Both the position numbers and the translations under genes were made by a program. Positions 23,215 through 25,577 of a DNA stretch of 25,577 nt are shown here, piece by piece (the stretch's first letter is position 1; the number at the start of each line of letters is the position of its first letter). The notes beneath the pieces were generated by a model that saw nothing but the letters and a program-made list of their open reading frames with translations, did no database searches and was not told the origin of the DNA. The DNA comes from a virus. Lineage: Duplodnaviria; Caudoviricetes. The stretch covers positions 1-25,577 of the IMG/VR virus record IMGVR_UViG_3300022936_000027; one strand, given 5' to 3'.

Positions 23215-23717
23215 AAACGATTAACCCGCTAAGGAGGCGCCTCCTTAGCGGGTTATAAGATTCAATTTCGCCTTTCTGGCCGGGCTCTATCTCAGAATAT
23301 CGTTTTCTTCACCCGTTCAACCTGACAGTCAGCAATTCTCGGGGCTTATGTCGCTCTTTATTTACCCGTTTACTTTATTTATTAGGAGCCCCGGTTAACA
23401 GTCGGAACCTAATACTTTTATTAAGGATGCTATAACCTTTTTTAGGGAGATTAGCCTATTACTTACCTTAATGTAAGGATTTCTGCCCTTACTCTATCTT
23501 TGAGTTTTACTTCGTCCGGTATTTCACCAAGAAGGAGATTTAATCTCTTATTTAACTAGAGTAATTAATGAGGAGACTTATTTGACCTTCACTTGCTCGT
23601 TTTCCGCGTATGCATCCGCGTTTCCGAGAACTGGACCGGCCCTTATTTTCGTTTCTAATCCTACTACTTACTTTTCGTCTTCGCTCTTTACTGAGCAGTT
23701 TCAATTAGCCTTGCGGC
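23215..23717 (-). ncRNA. putative ~500-nt structured non-coding RNA of unknown class
   Basis: Has its own TTGACA-N17-TAAACT promoter, a 5' GCC-GCAA-GGC hairpin, many local hairpins, two nested long-range stems and a terminal palindrome. No credible ORF. Confidence 0.7.
23222..23255. repeat. perfect 34-bp palindrome, likely 3' hairpin or terminator of the ncRNA
   Basis: TAACCCGCTAAGGAGGC|GCCTCCTTAGCGGGTTA. Confidence 0.9.
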
Positions 23718-23723
23718 GACATC

Positions 23724-23773
23724 AGTTTAACAAAGAAATTTCAGCGTGTCAAGTACTTTTTTCATCTTTTTTC
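23724..23773 (-). promoter_or_regulatory. strong sigma70 promoter with UP element
   Basis: GAAAAAAGATGAAAAAAGTAC-TTGACA-N17-TAAACT, with an extended TG. Confidence 0.85.
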
Positions 23774-23860
23774 AAATTTCTTTTTTTAAAATTTTTCGTC
23801 CAGAACAAGAGGCATACTTATTTTAATTAGTTTTGATAAATAGCATTAATGCTACTAAAG

Positions 23861-23889
23861 CAGAAAACCCCGATTTCTCGGGGCTTCTG
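23861..23889 (-). terminator. intrinsic terminator
   Basis: Minus strand GCCCCGA-GAAA-TCGGGGT-TTTCT. Confidence 0.8.
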
Positions 23890-23908
23890 TATTATTTTAG
23901 GTTTGTAT

Positions 23909-24070
23909 TTATTCCGGTTCAATAATATCTTCCGGCCAATTTGCTATTTTTTGCCATGCTCTGTAATGGCGCATGTATTCAAGGTCATTTGGAAGTCTAG
24001 GCTCCTCACGATCTAGCACATCGTTATAAGCCAAACTGTTTCGGTCATCCACTTTAATGATTTTAGGCAT
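23909..24070 (-). CDS. small protein (53 aa, not in ORF track)
   Basis: MPKIIKVDDRNSLAYNDVLDREEPRLPNDLEYMRHYRAWQKIANWPEDIIEPE, starting 5 nt after the upstream stop. Confidence 0.7.
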   Translation of the reverse strand: MPKIIKVDDRNSLAYNDVLDREEPRLPNDLEYMRHYRAWQKIANWPEDIIEPE

Positions 24071-24075
24071 ATTAG

Positions 24076-24288
24076 TTAAATTATTTCTTCGATAGTGATT
24101 TTAAATATGGGCTCCCAAACATAATTTCCTTTATACTTAACTAGGAAATCTATTTTATAATCTGGAATGCAGGGGGCGGAATTTTTCGGTTTAGAATGCT
24201 CACGCACTGCCCAAATTCTTTTGCGCCTTCCCCCGACGAATGCAAAGGCTTTTCCTTCCTTTAGAATTTTCTCAATTCTTTTAATCAT
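24076..24288 (-). CDS. hypothetical protein
   Basis: 70 aa in a tightly packed operon. Confidence 0.75.
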   Translation of the reverse strand: MIKRIEKILKEGKAFAFVGGRRKRIWAVREHSKPKNSAPCIPDYKIDFLVKYKGNYVWEPIFKITIEEII

Positions 24289-24294
24289 ATTAGT

Positions 24295-24465
24295 TTACTT
24301 AAGTTTTTTAACTTTGCGAATGATTACCAGCATTTTGCGGCGAGCAGCGCGGACTTTGAGGAAAGCGAAAGTGTCCTTTATTTTCGCATTTGCATTGGCT
24401 TTCCAGAAATTGCGCTCTTTATTAAGCCGCTTATATTCAGTGCGTTCTTTAGGGGTAAAACTCAT
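24295..24465 (-). CDS. small highly basic protein (56 aa, not in ORF track)
   Basis: MSFTPKERTEYKRLNKERNFWKANANAKIKDTFAFLKVRAARRKMLVIIRKVKKLK. Fills the gap between neighbours. Confidence 0.7.
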   Translation of the reverse strand: MSFTPKERTEYKRLNKERNFWKANANAKIKDTFAFLKVRAARRKMLVIIRKVKKLK

Positions 24466-24467
24466 AT

Positions 24468-24725
24468 TTAGTTTACTTTAGAAAACTTATTCCAAAAATC
24501 TTGGCTATCATCTTCGCCTTCCGATTTTGCACCCGGCTTTTGCACAAGTTCCCCTTCAAAAGATTTAAGATAACTACTTTCATTACTTCCAGGAACAGAA
24601 GTAATTCTCATTTCAGCGGAGAGCAAAACTCCCATCGCATTCTTTTTGACTTCTGCCGTGTAAACTGTTCCCGGCCAGTTTGAATTGCGGTATTTTTGGC
24701 CGTCGATTAGATCAGAAGGAAACAT
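24468..24725 (-). CDS. hypothetical protein
   Basis: 85 aa, start context AACTAATTAAACTCATT-ATG. Confidence 0.8.
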   Translation of the reverse strand: MFPSDLIDGQKYRNSNWPGTVYTAEVKKNAMGVLLSAEMRITSVPGSNESSYLKSFEGELVQKPGAKSEGEDDSQDFWNKFSKVN

Positions 24726-24816
24726 AATGAGTTTAATTAGTTAGGTATAATTAAGAGAAGTTTGGCAGCTTTCCTAGCCTCACTTTTTATTTTGGCAAAC
24801 TCTTAATTAGTTTATT

Positions 24817-25071
24817 TTAGAATACCTCCTCAATAGAGATGAGGTCGGCGTCGTAAAAGGCGGCGTTGTGCGCAGGGTCTTCCGGGTTTTGCTCGCGAAG
24901 CTGGGCAATTTCAGCCTCCCGCAAGACAAGGTTGAGCGGCTGGTCTTCGTCGCCGAGCAGGAAAAGCAGGCTTTTCAGGCGGGTGCCGGTGACTTTCAGG
25001 CTACCGAGAAGCGTATTGCATTCGGTATTATTTTCGGAATTGAAGCGGCGGATGATGCGAATGGTTTTCAT
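24817..25071 (-). CDS. hypothetical early protein
   Basis: Start moved to ATG 25071 (MKTIRIIRRF...). The track's start at 25146 is the TTG of the -35 box. Confidence 0.8.
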   Translation of the reverse strand: MKTIRIIRRFNSENNTECNTLLGSLKVTGTRLKSLLFLLGDEDQPLNLVLREAEIAQLREQNPEDPAHNAAFYDADLISIEEVF

Positions 25072-25117
25072 TAGGTTTTTCGGTTTGGTGTTTTGGTTTG
25101 GGGATTGGCCCCGACTC

Positions 25118-25167
25118 AGTTTATCACCACGAAAAACGGAATGCAAATCTTTTTTTAACTTTTTTTC
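25118..25167 (-). promoter_or_regulatory. strong sigma70 promoter with UP element
   Basis: GAAAAAAAGTTAAAAAAAGAT-TTGCAT-N17-TAAACT, with an extended TG. Confidence 0.8.
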
Positions 25168-25255
25168 AAAAATCTTTTTGCGCGTTTTATGCGCTCTAAT
25201 GCTTTACCTTTTTACACTTAGAGGAATTAAAAAAATTATGATTAGTAAAGTACAG

Positions 25256-25288
25256 CAAAAACTCCCCAGCCTTTCGACTGAGGAGCTT
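25256..25288 (-). terminator. intrinsic terminator
   Basis: Minus strand GCTCCTCAGTC-GAAA-GGCTGGGGAGT-TTTT. Confidence 0.85.
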
Positions 25289-25319
25289 CTGCCAACCTAA
25301 CCTAAATTGATTTTATTAC

Positions 25320-25577
25320 TTACTTCGCGGCCTTTGCGGCGCGAGCCTTCTTCACCGCCACCGTCTTCGCCTTTGCGGCAGCCTTGGCAGGCTTTTCGAC
25401 GGTTTTTGCGGCCTTTGCCTTGGCAGGCTTCACAGCGGCCTTTTTGGGAGCCTTTGCGGCCTTCGGTGCGGCCTTGGCTTTCGCCTTGGGAGCGGCAGCC
25501 TTGCGAGGCGCTTTCGTTTTAACCACAATAACCGATTCGGTAAGGTTATTAATAGGCTGAATAATTTCCGCCTTAGC
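25320..25577 (-). CDS. protein with Lys/Ala-rich histone-H1-like C-terminus, partial
   Basis: KAAAPKAKAKAAPKAAKAPKK... The frame stays open upstream of the track's GTG to the window edge (AKAEIIQPINNLTESVI-VVKTK), so the true start is probably outside the window. Confidence 0.8.
   Translation of the reverse strand, partial: AKAEIIQPINNLTESVIVVKTKAPRKAAAPKAKAKAAPKAAKAPKKAAVKPAKAKAAKTVEKPAKAAAKAKTVAVKKARAAKAAK

Noticed and set aside
23222-23255. Protelomerase (hairpin telomere) target site
   Set aside because: No protelomerase gene is in the window, and the palindrome sits exactly where the cassette pattern predicts a 3' hairpin.
23215-23717. tmRNA, RNase P RNA, or group I/II intron identity for the ncRNA
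   Set aside because: No tRNA-like GGGG...CCA ends, no GAGGAAAGUCC, no GUGCG 5' end or domain V, and no flanking exons. An Rfam search is still needed.
23348-23722. ATGTCGC/GCGACAT closing stem for the ncRNA
   Set aside because: The 5' arm lies almost entirely between the -10 box and the predicted +1 (23717), so it would not be transcribed from this promoter.
23698-23725. Hammerhead ribozyme core (CUGAUG...stem...GAAAC)
   Set aside because: It reads CUGAUGUC rather than CUGAUGA, five extra bases separate the stem from GAAA, and CUGA overlaps the -10 box.
23786-23815. 9-codon ORF MPLVLDEKF with a typical start context
   Set aside because: Too short, lies after a terminator with no promoter of its own, and runs into the UP element. 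At most a gene remnant.
23336-23886. 12-bp direct repeat TTCTCGGGGCTT (23336-23347, 23875-23886) as an insertion-site duplication
   Set aside because: One copy is a terminator arm and the other is internal to the RNA, so they do not bound a coherent element.
18721-25320. CRISPR array or integron attC array
   Set aside because: Spacers between repeats are whole genes, repeats are degenerate promoter/terminator units, and no cas, integrase or attC-type ends are visible.
17010-25522. Plus-strand and alternate-frame ORFs in the early region (e.g. 17194+, 17821+, 19828+, 21289+, 23029+, 23582+, 24866+, 25307+)
   Set aside because: All sigma70 promoters and stop signatures point to the minus strand. 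These ORFs are antisense shadows or low-complexity translations of T-tracts.

Overview
This window is part of a large tailed dsDNA phage genome (Caudoviricetes-like) and falls into three blocks. (1) 1-10018, minus strand, AT-rich: PhoH, a phage ECF-like sigma factor, a probable small terminase, an ERCC4 nuclease, a DNA methyltransferase, the large terminase, a probable portal and a tail-fibre-like gene that runs off the left edge. An AGTGTAA motif occurs in each of the three larger intergenic gaps and is a candidate late promoter. (2) 10144-15843, plus strand: densely packed small genes, including a thioredoxin and several paralogue pairs. (3) 16098-25577, minus strand, GC-richer ORFs: an early or host-takeover-like region made of repeated [UP element + sigma70 promoter]-[short ORFs]-[TAAGTAAA]-[terminator] units. 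It encodes a solo RuvB-like ATPase, a RadC/JAB protein, a sigma-region-4-like HTH protein and a Lys/Ala-rich protein. One unit (about 23717 to 23215) has a near-consensus promoter but no ORF. It appears to encode a ~500-nt highly structured RNA that ends in a perfect 34-bp palindrome built from a Shine-Dalgarno and its complement. This is the strongest novelty candidate. All calls come from reading the sequence by eye; no database searches or folding computations were run.
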